DNA from: the human T2T-CHM13v2.0 reference genome, Homo sapiens
Length of the DNA stretch: 64,000 nucleotides
Strand: one strand, 5' to 3'
Assembly: GCF_009914755.1 (NCBI RefSeq)
Contig: NC_060931.1
The notes below the pieces were generated by a model, which saw only the letters and a list, made by a program, of their open reading frames with translations, had not been told where the DNA came from and searched no databases. This document shows, one piece after another, positions 1-15,212 of this stretch. Numbering within the stretch: the stretch's first letter is position 1; the number at the start of each line of letters is the position of its first letter. A program made the translations under genes and the position numbers.

Positions 1-14
1 AGACTCTGTCTCAA

Positions 15-51
<37 letters not shown>

Positions 52-56
52 GAAAA
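1..56 (+). mobile_element. Alu 3' end with poly-A and (AAAAG)n tail
   Basis: AGACTCTGTCTC followed by A-run and AAAAG repeats. Confidence 0.9.
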
Positions 57-567
57 TGGGAAGCAATAATATTCATCTGACCAGTTTTCTCTTAAAGCCA
101 TTTCCATGAGGATGGTGATGGGACTCAATTATATTTTTTATTTCATTCACACCTGATAAATAACAAATTTGGAGAAATAAAAATATCTAAAATTAAAAAA
201 AAACTAATATTGTTTGTTTGGCCTGGGAAGGGATGGGAGGCAGGGCAGGAACGAATGGTGCACACCCTAGTAGATTTTTTTAAAAAGGTAACATTGTCAA
301 AATGTGTTCTAAACAGTATGTTCATCTGTATTTGAAATCTGAAGGCACATTTTGTAGATAAAACTGAATTATTTTCATGGGGGCAAACACCCATCATGTG
401 ACTTGAAACACTGCTGCTCAAGATCATCGCTGCATTTTAGAGTTTTAGTGCCTTGGGTTATTCTGTTCCCACTGCTTGGAATGCGTTTCCCCCTAGCAGG
501 AAAATATTAACATGCATTACCTCTTCATGCATTACCATGATTACCTCTTCAGGAAACCCTCTCCTGA

Positions 568-972
<405 letters not shown>

Positions 973-1692
973 TGAAAGGGCGTGCCTGTGTCCTCCGTCT
1001 AATTAAGAACTTTTTTGCTAGCTTCTCTTGCCATTTTTTGTACTGTCTCTAAACAGTACTGGCATATAATGGGCACTCAACATACATGACATAAGAGGCC
1101 ATAGCTCAGTGAGTTTCAAATGAACCCATATGTTAAATAAGTCAAGGGCTGCATTTAAATCAGACGCTAGAAGTGTCTCACCCTTACACTGTCCACTTTC
1201 AACGAACCACTCCAGGAATGAATTATTGCAAACATAAAAAATGAAAGAAATCACATATCTTTGAGTAAATCAGGGACCTGTGGATGGGATTATCTGGCTT
1301 GTGCATCCCCAGAACTGTTGTTCTTTACCTCCCTCTGGCTGTCCACTCTCCAAGAATAGGCAGAATTATAATAACCCTATCCTTCAGATCTTGTCGTTGC
1401 AGCAGCTCTCATTAAAGTTTTGTTGATGTAACAACCAAATGTAATGAGTAGACTTGGCTTGAATCCTAATTCAGAAACCCACTGTAAAAACACAGTTTTG
1501 AGACAACTAGGTAAATGTAATACAGCTTTAATCCTGGGTATTAAATAATATCAATGAATTACTTCCAATTTTATTATATGTAATAATGGTATTATCCTAT
1601 AAGAAAATATGCTTATATTTAAGAATTGTATACAGAATTATTTAGGGATACAAAGACATATTGCCAGAGGTTTCCTTTAAGAGACTACAGCT

Positions 1693-1990
1693 GGCCGTGC
1701 GCGGTGGCTCACACCTGTAATCCCAGCACTTTTGGAGGCCGAGGCGGGCGGATCACAAGGTCAAGAGATCGAGACCATCCTGGCTAATACAGTGAAACCC
1801 CATCTCTACTAAAAATACAAAAAATTGGCCGGGCGTGGTGGTGGGCACCTGTAGCCCCAGCTACTCAGCAGGCTGAGGCCCAAGAATAGCATGAACCCGG
1901 GAGGCAGAGCTTGCAGTGAGCCGAGATTGCACCACTGCATTCCAGCCTGGGTGACAGAGCAAGACTCGTCTCAAAAAAAAAATAAAACCC
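1693..1990 (+). mobile_element. Alu (Y/Sc-like) inserted in an old L1M 3' fragment (~1440-2165)
   Basis: GGCC...TCTCAAAA dimer; AT-rich L1ME-like flanks ending TTTTCATAATAAAA. Confidence 0.9.
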
Positions 1991-2989
1991 CACAGCCAAA
2001 AGAAAAAACAAAAGAGAGAGAGAAGAAGGGCAGAGAGAAAAAGGGAGGGAGAAAAGGAGGAGGAAGAATGAAAGTTGAAGCAAATATGGCATTATGTTCA
2101 TCACTGTTGAATCTAGGAATAGGTATTTTCTCTAGTTTTGTGAATGTTTGAATATTTTCATAATAAAACAGGGTTTCAAAAGGCTTTCTGGGAAAGTAAA
2201 TGTAAAGGAGTTGATAAAAATAATGTCAAACAATCTTTGCATTCATTTCATTCCTGTAGCTTTTCCCAGGCTTCTGCGAGCCAGCCCCTGAAGGCTTCAT
2301 TGGCCACAGACATCTGAACCAACTAAGAGCAGGAATTCCCCTGAGGCAAGCTGTTCCAATTTTCCTTGCTTTGGAAAATTCTGTCTTGTCTCCAACAAGC
2401 TCCGAATCCAGGCCCAGGACAGCCTCCAACCTGGGCAGCAGAAGTCTTCTGTATAGTCTGATCTCAATCAGTAGGACGCTATGGCTTGCATTTGTGCCTG
2501 TATCGGTTAGGCTTAACCAAGTGGGTTAAATAAGATGGCTTACTCATACAAACGGCCAGGTAGGTGGTCTACGACTGGTATGGCAGCACCACTATTGCCT
2601 TCTTCCTTTTCTTCCGCAGCACTCATCTCATCCTCTACCACTTCATCCATACTTCATTGGCCACGATCTCGTGACATGATTCTTACATGATTAAACTTTG
2701 CTGAAATGGAGGCATAGAAATGTGTCTTTAGTTGGGCAGCCATGGAAGGAAAGAGTGAAAAATGGAAGCCAACCAGCCATTTCTGCCACCGTGCCCAAGC
2801 AAGAAAAAATGCTTATAATCCTCTGTGCATATATTTTTCCTGGGGGCCACTTAGAAAAAGGTGGATGGTCAAAGGCAAAAAGCAGGTGTCCAGGGCCCCC
2901 TACAAAATGCTATATTAATATCACTTCTATTGATGGTCTTTCTGCTGGGCTTTCTGCTGACACCAAAATGTGGGTCTGCATCCTTGCTC

Positions 2990-3220
2990 TTATCTCCATC
3001 AGGGAGAGTGTGCCTGAGAATGGAAAGAACAAGGAGGAGAATAAGGCAAAGAGATGGAGAGACTGCATCCTGATGACATCTTTAGAGCCCGTGGAGCTAG
3101 GCATGCCAGAAACTGGAAGGTTAAACTACATGAACCAATAAATATACCCCATTTTTTCTTAAAAAAAAAAAATACTGCTTAACCTTTGTCACTGTAACAT
3201 GTCACCTGCACAACTGGAGA
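2990..3220 (+). mobile_element. MLT1-type MaLR LTR fragment
   Basis: TCCTGATGACATC...GAGCC...TACATGAACCAATAAAT...TGTCACCTGCACA resembles the MLT1 3' half. Confidence 0.5.
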
Positions 3221-3439
3221 AGTCTTGAGGGTAGAGAGCTCTGCAAAGGGAGGAAGATAGGAAGTGCTCCAGGCACTGCAGCTGTTGCCAGGAGTGAAGA
3301 AACTCCCTCCTGTGGAGCACCTACTGCCCATCCCGCACCGTGGGATGCTGTCATATCACATATATTTCATATATATTAGCCCTTATATATTACATCTATA
3401 ATATAATATATATTATCAAATACAGTATTTCATATCATT

Positions 3440-4090
3440 CTCATATAACCCTGAAGTACATGTTACCATCCCCATTTTGCAGAGTAGGGCACCAAGGCTT
3501 AGAGATATTAAGTAACTTCTCCAAGGTCACACAATTGAGAAATGACAAAACAGGTATTAGAAGCCAGATTCCCCCACCCCATCCCCAGGCTGCCTTTAAA
3601 TTCCTCCGTGGGCCCTCTTCCTTGCAGGCTCCTGTCCCATCAAAGTCCCTCCTCCTGATCCCCCCACATCATTTGTCTTCTGCTGCTGATTGTCAGCACT
3701 TCTCAAGTTCCCAGGGGCTGTGAGTTGGAAGAGGCATCACTCTGAGAAGTAATGCACCTGCAGGGAAGAGATGGCTCTTTAGAAATAAACTAGAAATGAG
3801 TATCTCTATGATACCCATGGAGAAAGTGCAAGAGTTTGGACACAAGTGGTTTCAGCCTCTGGGGGAGAGGAAGGTAATTTTATCCAGGGTAACCCAACCA
3901 TCATCATCCAGTCACATAGGTGGAGAGGCACAGCCAAGAGCTCTGAATCAGGTCCCAATGATCTAAGCACCAGTTCCAGCACAGCCCCTGAATCCCTTAT
4001 CAAGTTAAGGCCTCTCTTTGAGCCTAGGTCTCCCCACCTATAAAGTGAGGGACTGGGCCTAGAGGTGATGTAAGCTCCCTTCCAGCTCAT
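3440..4090. mobile_element. Two MIR fragments (~3440-3570 and ~3930-4090)
   Basis: CCCCATTTTGCAGA...AAGTAACTTCTCCAAGGTCACAC core, and an oppositely oriented GAGCCTAGGTCTCCCCACCTATAAA core. Confidence 0.6.
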
Positions 4091-5248
4091 CCCACTCTGG
4101 ACCCGTGCCTTGAGAAGCCACAGATCTCAATGCAGGCTTGTGTCATACTCAAGCACTAGTCACTGGAAAAGCAGGAAGTCCTTGGGTGAGGTGCTTACCT
4201 CTCGGAGTTTATTTTCCCAACACAGGTGTCAGATGGAATAGAAGAAACTAGGTGTCTATGCATGCTCATTTGTGGTTTCTATCACAATGGAAAATTCCTT
4301 GAGCATCTACAATCCCCACCTGTGGTAATGTGAACACCCAACCTGGAGCCAGGAAAACACCTGGGCCAAATTACTCCACTGAGCATTTCCCTTCTTCCTC
4401 AGCCCTTTCTCACCCTCCTGCTGGCACAGGCTGCCACTTGCCTGATTCAAGTTTCTCCACTTACTAAATGTCACACTTCCAGCTGCAATCAACAAGAGAT
4501 GCTCTCCAGGCAATTCAGTACAGGAAAAAATAAGGTCCTTCCCACTTCTTATTACCCTCATGAGATGCTGACTGTGGAGCTGGCTAATACCAATGACAAA
4601 TAACAGGGTTACTATGAGGAAGTATGAATGGGACCTATGGCCCAAGAAGCAGCAATTATGGACACAAAAAAATGCATGAAAGGAGGTAAGTAGAGTCCTT
4701 CCCAGAGAACAGAGGAGGCAGCAGAGCCCATGACCCACATCTGAGTCACCACATCCCATGGCCACGATCTTCTATTCTAGTACATTTCCCTATTGTTATA
4801 GCAGATACAATGATAAATTATTTTATAGGATACCACAGCTCTTTTTGGAAAGCAATATAGATGTAAAAGCCAGCCAGGATGTTACCAGCTGATATCCAAT
4901 GATGAAGGAATAGGGATCCAGTTAGCCCTCATGTCAACATGGAAAGTTATTCAAGTTAAAGCATTTCACACCTATGAGCCCTTTGGATCTCCAGAATAAC
5001 TGTGTGGAGTAAGAAAGGTCTGAGTCACTGCTTTGGCTTAAAAGATGAGAAAACCAAGACCCAAAGAGGGAAAATTGCTTGCCGGGGCTCACTCAGTCTG
5101 TAGCATTAGGGCTTCTACACCAGACCATGATTCCTCTTGAAGTGGCTTTCAGTCTGATGGTTTTCAAGTTTGTTCTCATTGAAACAGAAGAGAAAAGGAG
5201 AAGGAAGCAAGGAAAGCAAGGAGCATTACAGCTTTAAAAGATGAGCTA

Positions 5249-5872
<624 letters not shown>

Positions 5873-7837
5873 TTACCATATCCAAAACTGCTAAATTCCC
5901 ACAGGACATTAAGTCAGAGCAATCCACAGATGTGGGGACAGGCTCCCAAGTTCCCAAAGACTCCCAATTCACCTCAGATTCCAAACACAGCATGGCCAGC
6001 AGTGATGGGATGCCCATGGTTAGAGGGAAGAGGGAGCATGCCTGAGCCCCAAGGACATGACCCCTCACCAGAGGTCAACCTCCCCTTCTCCCCACTGAGG
6101 CCTCAGGCCCTGGGCTGATGTCCTCTTCCATTGAAGTGCAGACAACCAAGGCAGAGAGGCAGTGCTAGAAAGGAACCCAAACATTCAGCTTCACTCTTGT
6201 TTTATAGGTAAAAATGTTGAAGCCCTGAAAGAAAAAAGAGTGACTTGCCCCAAGGTTACAAAGCCACTTGGTGACAAACTCAAGTTTCCTGATTGTTCTT
6301 CCATCTCCCTTTCCAAACTGTTGACCTCCCTTCTTCTCCTGTGTGTGGCTGACACAGTCCCCGGACTCCTTCCTATCAAGGGGCCCAGGGAAAAATACTG
6401 GGTCCAGAAGATGCATAGTTTACATGTGGAAGCTGTGCAGCTCTTGTCACTGGTTTGGTTTTAGTTTTTACTTAACCCCTCTACTCTCCAGGGTAGGAGA
6501 TTTAGCTTTGTCAAGCAGAGTCACTATGCACTCCCGGGATCTTTACTCCTTTCTGAACTCATGCTGTTTTTTGAAGCCACTTCATCATACCTATGACTCT
6601 TTATTCCCCTGTGATAAAACCTCCAGACCTCTGAAATCATCCCTTCATCCTGGCTTCCAAAGCACTCTCCTCTCAATTCTATTTTACAATAGAAAAGGCA
6701 CCTCATATAGAAAATATGAAATAAATGAATGAAAAACAGATTCCTCTTTTGCAAAAAAAAAAAAAAAAAAAAAGGGAAGGAGGTGTGAAATAGTAGTATA
6801 ATTCAACCCTTTACCTGCCCTTGTGGTGTGATCCAATAGGAAGCTCAGCAGAGTAGGAGACAAGAAACCTGAGTTCAAATGAGGCTCTGGGGAAAACTAA
6901 AAAGCCTTGGCTCTAGCAACTAGCTGCCTGCCTAGTTCCACAGTGTCCTCTTGTGGTCAGTTGGTGTCATGCATGATTTTTCTTAAATTCAAGAATGAAA
7001 TGTCTAATAAAGCAAAGATTCAGTCAGGGTCACTCCTGGATAAAGTAGATGAGGTCTGTTTTCTGACCACTCTCTATTCCAGCCTCATGCCCACTAACTT
7101 CAACTCCTTGTGACTGAAGTACACAGAGCGTCAATTTGGGTGTCAGGTTGATGTGAGAAGTACCAGCTCCACTTCTTAGAGAGATGTCAGCCAGGAGGGC
7201 TGCTGTCTTCCAAGAGTGGTACTCATAGAGCACCAGGACCCTGCTAGAGCTCCCAAGCTTCTGCCTCTGATCTTCCCAGGTAACAGCCAGAAGCCCACTT
7301 GCATCACTGCACTGAGGGCCAATCGACCACACCAGCCAAACTCAACATACTCAGATGATGGGGGCCCATACTCTAGTCTATGGTCCAACAATGTAATAGG
7401 ATTTGTTTCCTTTGAAACCAGGACTGTGCATGGTATGAACTGCTTGAGGCTGTTGTTTTTCTAGGAGAGAGTAGCTACTCAAGACAGTTTCACAATATAA
7501 CAAAAGCCTCCATGACCTGTCCCATATAAGCATTGAGTAGTGATAGAGGGCTGAGGGTTCCCATAGGACTTTCTGGAGGAAGAGACATTTGAGCCTAGTC
7601 TTGAATACAAGTAAACCAAATGAAGATAGGTTTGGAGATAAGGCTCTTCCCACAAAAGTCCAACATGAGTAAAGCCAAAGGCCAAAGAGGGGTAACAGCC
7701 AGTGTTATAAATTCTGTGCTGTGAAGGCAAGACTGAGATGTGACTGAGAAGGTCAATAGGCACCCCTCATGGTAACCTGTTAAGGAACCTGGCCTTTCAT
7801 TGTATAGAAGGTAACTTACTGAAAAGTTTGAAAGCCG

Positions 7838-8171
<334 letters not shown>

Positions 8172-8952
8172 TCAGTTGCTCTGATGGTCTGATGGCTGGG
8201 ATGGACAGATATGACAGGGTAGAGATGGGAGGCAGGCAGGAAGGCAGAGGAGGTTTTTGTCTTAGTACAGCAGAGACTTAAGGGCTATTGGAGTCTTGAG
8301 GGGGGCCAATAATTAGCACTCTTCTTCCACAATTGAGTTCTGAACCAATTGAGAACAAAGGCAAAGTAGAAAACAGACAGCGGTCATTGTTACTACTACT
8401 ACATTGGATGATGTAACTTATATCTACAGACTGTAGTTAACTTCTGTGTTTGGAACTCCAGAATTATTCAGATGTACCCACCAAACCATAGGCAAACCAC
8501 AAACCACCCCAGACTTCTTCATGTGGAAGCAGACACCTCTAAAACTTACAGGAAAAAGCAGAGCAGAACCCACACTCCCTCAGGCAACTCAGTCTGCATG
8601 TCTCCGGGCATACAGAATAAAAGGACAGAGAGAGGGCAGATGTGTTACACTAATTAAGCTTTCATGTAGAAGAAAACATCAGAGGTAGAAAAGAAGCATT
8701 CTTCCCTTACATTCCCCATCTTTTTGTTCTTTTCACTCACTGAACTTAACCATTAGAGCCATAGAGAAGAACACAGTCTATCACTCCCAAATCCAACTGC
8801 CATTGGGATCACTGGAAGCAGTTTAGATTTTGCCCCAAAAGGCTCTAAACAGAGTCAGAATAATATATTAATTAAGGCAACTCCAAGGCTTCTGTAATTC
8901 TAAGTCTGAAAATTCACTCCATTTCCCACCCAAAGTATGCCCACCACATGGT

Positions 8953-9608
8953 TGAGGCGGGAAATTAAAGAAAAATAAACTTAAAAAGAAAGAGAAATAA
9001 GTTTTCCTGTGTTAGGCTGACTTGTCCCAGAGGCAGCAAAAGGCACAGCCCAGACCCAGGAAGTCTTGATAATATTATCTAATGTGCTCTGGAAACTCTC
9101 CCAGCATTCCCTCAACATACGGAGAAGAAAAACAAATTTTCCTTCGTTTTATGGAATGAGTTTATAGATTCCTGTTCTCTGTAACCAGTGACTTCAAACA
9201 TTCTGTTTTATCTAAGCAGTAGAGTGAAGGTCAGAGCCTCTGAGCAGGCCTGTGTTATGGCCACCTGGGCGCCAGTGAAGGTTATAGGATAAGCCCGTGC
9301 CTAGGCAAAACCTAGATAACAGACATCTGGGTTGACTGGCAATGGTCATGTGTAATCCTGAGTTATGATCTGTTACAATTTGATTAACTGTCTTTGTCCT
9401 GCCTCTGTATCCCTGCTTTCAGGCCACTGTAAGCTTGCTTCAAGCTAGCCCACCCCCTTTTGTGAAGTGTGCATAAAATCAAGTGCTGTCTTTGTTCTGG
9501 GCCCAGTCTTTCAATGTTAAGTCTGCAGGGTCTGAGTGCACTCAATAATAAATATATCCTCCTCTATACACCCCAAGGTCTCTCTCTGGTCCTCCTGATC
9601 CTGCAACA
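8953..9608 (+). mobile_element. Solo ERV1-type LTR
   Basis: TG...CA ends (TGAGGCGGG...CTGCAACA), TATA-like GCATAAAA ~9471, AATAAA ~9547, 4-bp flanks TGGT/TGAT. Confidence 0.75.
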
Positions 9609-9613
9609 TGATC

Positions 9614-10205
9614 TGTGATGGCTAATTTTAGGTGTCAAGTTAACTGGATTAAGGATATCTAGAAACCTAGTAAAGCATTATTTGGCTGTGTTTATGAGGG
9701 TGTTTCCAGACTACTTTAGGGTGTGAGTCTGAGTGGACTAGGTGAGATACACCTTCAATGTGGGCCAGCATTCAGTTGACAGAAGGTCCAAAGAGAACAA
9801 AAACACAGAAAAGGCAACATGTCTGTCTCCCTCCTAGAGCGGGGATAACTCTTCCTTCTCTGTCTTTGGATATAAGAACTCCTGATGTTCTGATGATGTT
9901 GTCCTCTGAGGACAGAGAAGGAAGAGTGATCCCAACTTTAGGAGACCTCTGGACTCCAGGACTTACACCAGTAGCCCCCTGGGTTCTCAGGCCTTCAGCC
10001 TCAGACTGAGAATTTTATCATCAGCATCCCAAGCTCTGAGGTCTTTGGACTTGGACTGAGCCACATCAAGGTCTCCAGCTTGCAGACAGCCTGTTTTGGG
10101 GCTTCCCAGCCTCCATAATCGCATGAACCAATTCTCCTAATAAATCCCCTTATATATCTATATACATATACTATTGGTCATCTCTGGAGAACCCCAACTA
10201 ATAAA
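9614..10205 (+). mobile_element. MLT2 (HERV-L) solo LTR
   Basis: Starts TGTGATGGCTAATTTTAGGTGTCAA, ends TCTGGAGAACCCCAACTAATA, typical MLT2 termini. Confidence 0.8.
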
Positions 10206-10415
10206 TGGTCTAACCTGGCATATCAGCACACCAACACCCAATAATAAAATGCCAACAACAGAGATGCCCAAATCTACATATAATCCTGTGCCATTATCAA
10301 ATTTACTGGAATTCAAAAATTAAACCTCCTTCCAAATCAAAGTCCAAAAATGTTAAACTCCACTAGAATTAAAATCCAAAACTAAATACCCTTATTTTTG
10401 TAAGTTAAGAATCAA

Positions 10416-10925
<510 letters not shown>

Positions 10926-11099
10926 TTAAATGCCCAAAACAACCTTCCCCAAATCCTTATTCTGTTCAGTCTTAACCAGAGCGGGGTTTGATGCTTAGGT
11001 GGTTAAAGTCCTTTCAGCAGCCACAACCCAAGCTGTCACTCATGGGAAAGTAATTTCTTTAGGGCCTCAGAAGTTACACTAGATATGCCTCAGATACAT

Positions 11100-11800
11100 C
11101 ACTTTTTAAAAATTGAGATGTAATTCATGTAACATGAAATCCACTCTTTTAAGGTTACAATTCAGTGCTTTTTAGTATATTCACAAGGTTGTGCAACCAT
11201 CTAATCCCAGAACTTTTTCATCACCCCAAAAAACAAACCCATACCCACTAGCAGTCACTAGTATAGTTGTCTATTTCTGTGAATTTGCCTGTTCTGGATC
11301 ATATAAATCAAATATGTGGTCTTTTGTGTCTGGCTTCTTTCACTTAGCATAATGTTACAGTTCATCCACGCTGTAGCATACACAAGTACTTCATTCATTT
11401 TAACAGATAATATTCTATTGTATGAATATATCTCATTTCAGTTATCCATCCATCCATCGATGGACATTTGGGTTGCTTCCACTTTGAGACATTAGGAATA
11501 ATGCTGCCGTGAATGTTCATACAAGTTTTTGTGCAGACATGTTTTTAGTTCTCTTGGGTATGAACTGAGGAGAGGAGTTGCAGGGTCGTATGGTAATTGT
11601 TTAACTTTTTGAGGAATCATCAAATTATTTTCCACAGTGCATGCATCATTTTACATTCGCACCAGCAAGGTACTAGGGCTCCAATTTCTTCATATCCCAG
11701 CCAATACTTGTTACATTAATTTTTGTACAATTCTTGTTACAATAATTTTTTATAATTATAGCCATTCTATAGCACCCATGAAATGGCGTTTCATTGTAGG
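11100..11800 (-). mobile_element. Old L1M 3' fragment
   Basis: GTCTGGCTTCTTTCACTTAGCATAATG, TGATGGACATTTGGGTTG-like and TTTTCCACAGTG L1 signatures. Confidence 0.85.
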
Positions 11801-12095
11801 TTTTGAGACGGGGTCTCACTGTCACCCAGGCTGGAGTACAGTGGTGCAATCATAGCTTACTGAAATCTCAAACTCCTGGGCTCAAGCAATTCTCCTGCCT
11901 CAGCCTCCCAACTACGTAGGACTACAGGTGCATGCACACTACCACACCTCACTAATTTTTTAAAATTTTTGGTAGAGATGGGGTCTCACTATATTACCCA
12001 GGCTGGTCTCCAACTCCTGGCCTCAATCTATCCTTCCACCTCGACCACCTACAATGTAGCACTGGGATTACAGACATGAGCCACTGCACCTGGCC
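11801..12095 (-). mobile_element. AluJ
   Basis: Reverse dimer with AACTCCTGGGCTCAAG. Confidence 0.9.
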
Positions 12096-12811
12096 TAACT
12101 CCTATGATGAAAAAAGGAAGAGCTTGGGTATGACTATTAGCTCCCCTGGGATAGCAAATAATAAAGGGGTGGAAAGAAGCAGGTGTTACATCACTTACTC
12201 CCCTCCAAAGGGAAAGAAACAACAGTGGAGGGAAAGCATTGCCCCCAAAAGTTAGAAGCAAAGTGTGAGGCAACCAGCTCATACTGGCTCCTGAGAATCA
12301 ACTGTCAAATCCTTGAGAATTTTGCAAACCAGTTGTTAAAGCCTTGGTAGCTTGAAATTAGCCAAGGCAGTAGTACTGACAACATGTAAATCAGAGAAAA
12401 CTACAAGTCAGTGCTTTGTGTTTTGGAAAATAAGGTTGGATCCTTTTTCCATGTGGTAATACCAAAATTCCAGATAGATTCCAGATTTAAATCAAACGCA
12501 GAAAACATAAAGTGCCCAAAGAAAAGTATAATCAAAGCAAAGGTTTTCCAATCCACGTGGACCAAATACAAAAACCATAATGGACTAGGTCAACATGCAA
12601 CTACATTAAAATACATCATTTATGTCAAAAATAGCACTAAGTGGCAAACTACAAACTAGGGAAATTATTAGCAAAATACATGACTAACAGAAACCCATCA
12701 AGAATTCTTACAAATTAGTAAGAAAAAGACAAACATCTCAATGGCAAAAGCCTCAACAGATAAGTCATTTACAAAATACAAATGAGATCAAAATTAATCA
12801 AGAAAATTTTA

Positions 12812-13150
12812 GGCCAGGCCTGGTGGCTCATGCCTTTAATACCGGCACTTTGGGAGGCTGAGGCAGGTGGATCACTAGAGGTCAGGAGTTCAAGACCAGC
12901 CTGGCCAACAAGGTAAAACCCCATCTCTCTAAAAATATAAAAATTAGATGGGAGTGGTGGCGCCCACCTGTAATCCCAGCTACTCAGGAGGGTGAGGCAG
13001 GACAATCACTTGAACCTGGGAGGCGGAGGTCGCGTTGATATCGCGACAAGGCACACCAGCCTGACTGGAGGTTGCAGGGAGCCAAGATCATGCCACTGCA
13101 TTCCAGTGAGACTCTCCAAAAAACAAAAAAAAAAAAAAAAGGAAAAGAAA
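12812..13150 (+). mobile_element. AluS within a degraded L1ME region (~12400-13600)
   Basis: Dimer with an internal ~40-bp insertion; A-rich L1-like flanks. Confidence 0.9.
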
Positions 13151-14222
13151 ACTTTAGACATGCCCGGTTTTCTTGTAAAAATGGCAAAGAGAAGAGAAGG
13201 TAGAACACAGCTAATGCTGGGAAGGATATAAATGGTACTATGAAAGACTCCTGGCAAAAATATACATTGGCACAAACTTTTTCTTGGCAACACAATATAT
13301 ACCCTTTGATCTTACACATTTTTGAGTTTATTCTAGAAAAATACAAATGTATAAAGATCTAGTTAGACTACTGTGGCCAGTAAGAATAGGCTAAATAATT
13401 TATAGTAAATCCATTTAATACTATGTACATATTAATGTTGAAATATTTGACACAGAAAGATATTCACCATTTAAATTCAAAAAATGACTTAAGTGGAGGG
13501 TAAAAACAGTATAATCAGGATGAGCAAGTAAAATAAAACGTGTACTGAGAGTGGACTGAGAAAGTCTACGAAGACATACAGCAAAGCATGATCAACCTTC
13601 TCCTTTTTGCTTACCTACAATTCTACAATGTGCATATATTACCTGTTTGTTTTTAATAGGAGTTCTTTGACTTAATTTATACAGTTCAATGATCTTATTA
13701 TCAGTTCCTTGATTTGACCTGAGTCCTGGAGTTCTTAGCTGTTTTTAGTATCCTTTATCTTAAAGCTCTGTCTCCACTCATTTCCTGGCAATTCAGTAAT
13801 AACTACATTAAGGTAATAACCTTCTGAATCAATTTTATAAGCAAATAGATAAAATTTCTATCTTTAGGGTAATTCCAATAGATAATTCCTGCATTTCTAC
13901 AATGTGCATATATTACCTGTACATTGTTTGTTTTCAATAGGAGTTCATGGAATTTGAAATCAGAAGAAAAATCCTCATTACAAAACAACAGCATTTTAAT
14001 TGAATTTTCTAAGTGATCATTTCCGGTTGTTTAAATGCACCTGTTCAAATCAAAGTTCATCATTTTGTTTGGAACAACTTTTGTTTGAGAATCAAATGGT
14101 CACGTAAATGACAAAACAAATAAGCATATAATGACAGAAAAGTAAGTGGCAAAATAACTACAAACTTTGTTCCACTGGCTACTGCAGTAGAATAAACAAA
14201 ATGACAGTTAACCAAAAACACC

Positions 14223-14228
14223 TTTATT
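14223..14228 (-). terminator. Proximal polyadenylation signal of LSM5
   Basis: AATAAA on the minus strand ~205 nt after the stop, followed by GT/T-rich sequence (GGTGTTTTTGG, TTTTGTTT). Confidence 0.7.
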
Positions 14229-14433
14229 TTCATCTGCAAAGAAGAAGCTCTTTTCTTCTTTTTCCAGGATAATCATGATTAACTTACAAAAATGGGTACA
14301 CATCTTCAAAGCACTTCCCTTTAACGGGAAACTTAGCTTTATGGGATTTAAACATTAGAAAGTGGGAAAAAAAATTCCATTTTCTTGTCATTATAAGCCA
14401 AAACAAAATCTAGTGTAAGTCAAGGAAACTCAT

Positions 14434-14466
14434 TCACACTTCAGGTCCTTCTCCTCCAGGAACCAG
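14434..14466 (-). CDS. LSM5: LSM5 last coding exon
   Basis: Encodes LVPGGEGPEV then TGA; acceptor CTCTTTATGCAG; exons sum 46+96+28+73+33=276 nt = 91 aa + stop. Confidence 0.98.
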   Translation of the reverse strand: MVPGGEGPEV

Positions 14467-14857
14467 CTGCATAAAGAGGAAAAAGAGTTTATTAATAACA
14501 CTACCACCATGTCATCTAAAAACCCCTTGCTCTTCATTAAGCCACCTTTGCCTGTCCCCTGCACTCCACATTCCCATTTTCTCCAGATTGTCAGTATCTA
14601 TTTACAATTCCCAACGTCATCAATTAATACTTACTATCTCAACAGCGATTAAAAGTTCCAAGCAAACTAACCTTTAGACCCAATGCCTCTTCAATAGCTG
14701 AGCTTTAGGACCCTGACCACAGAGAACCCCTTTCCCATCTTATGCACCACTGGGCCATGATCATTTAGTCAAGCAAGCAACATTAAGGTTAGTTCTGTAA
14801 TCACTGCTCCCCAAAAATGGGCTCCCATCAAAATAAAACAGTTTCAATGTGTCTTAC

Positions 14858-14930
14858 CATTGTTATATTATTTCCATTTAGCAAAATCTGATCTAATTTA
14901 GTAATCCTTCTTCCTTCTGGTGTGATTTCA
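14858..14930 (-). CDS. LSM5: LSM5 coding exon 4 (Sm2 motif)
   Basis: Encodes EITPEGRRITKLDQILLNGNNITM; acceptor ATTCATTTAG, donor GTAAGA; 73 nt. Confidence 0.98.
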
Positions 14931-15212
14931 CTAAATGAATAGATAAAATACAGTCAGGACAAACAGTGAAAATCAAAGCCAACATTTTGGAAATACTTAC
15001 CCTCCCTAAAAAGGTTATCCTTGTATACAAATTACACTGAGGTTGAGCAATTATATCCACAATTTTCAGATACAAAGGTTATCCACTAGGTAATGTAACC
15101 TTCATTAAAAGCAGCAGAATGAACTCACTGACACTAAGACCCACGTCTATCAGACAGAGCTTCATAAAAAGAAGTGAAAGCTTGCCCAGGAGATCAAATA
15201 TGAAATGAAATG

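Noticed and set aside
4307-4765. 152-aa minus-strand ORF in the left intergenic region
   Set aside because: No recognisable domain, exon structure or pseudogene hallmarks; likely a chance ORF.
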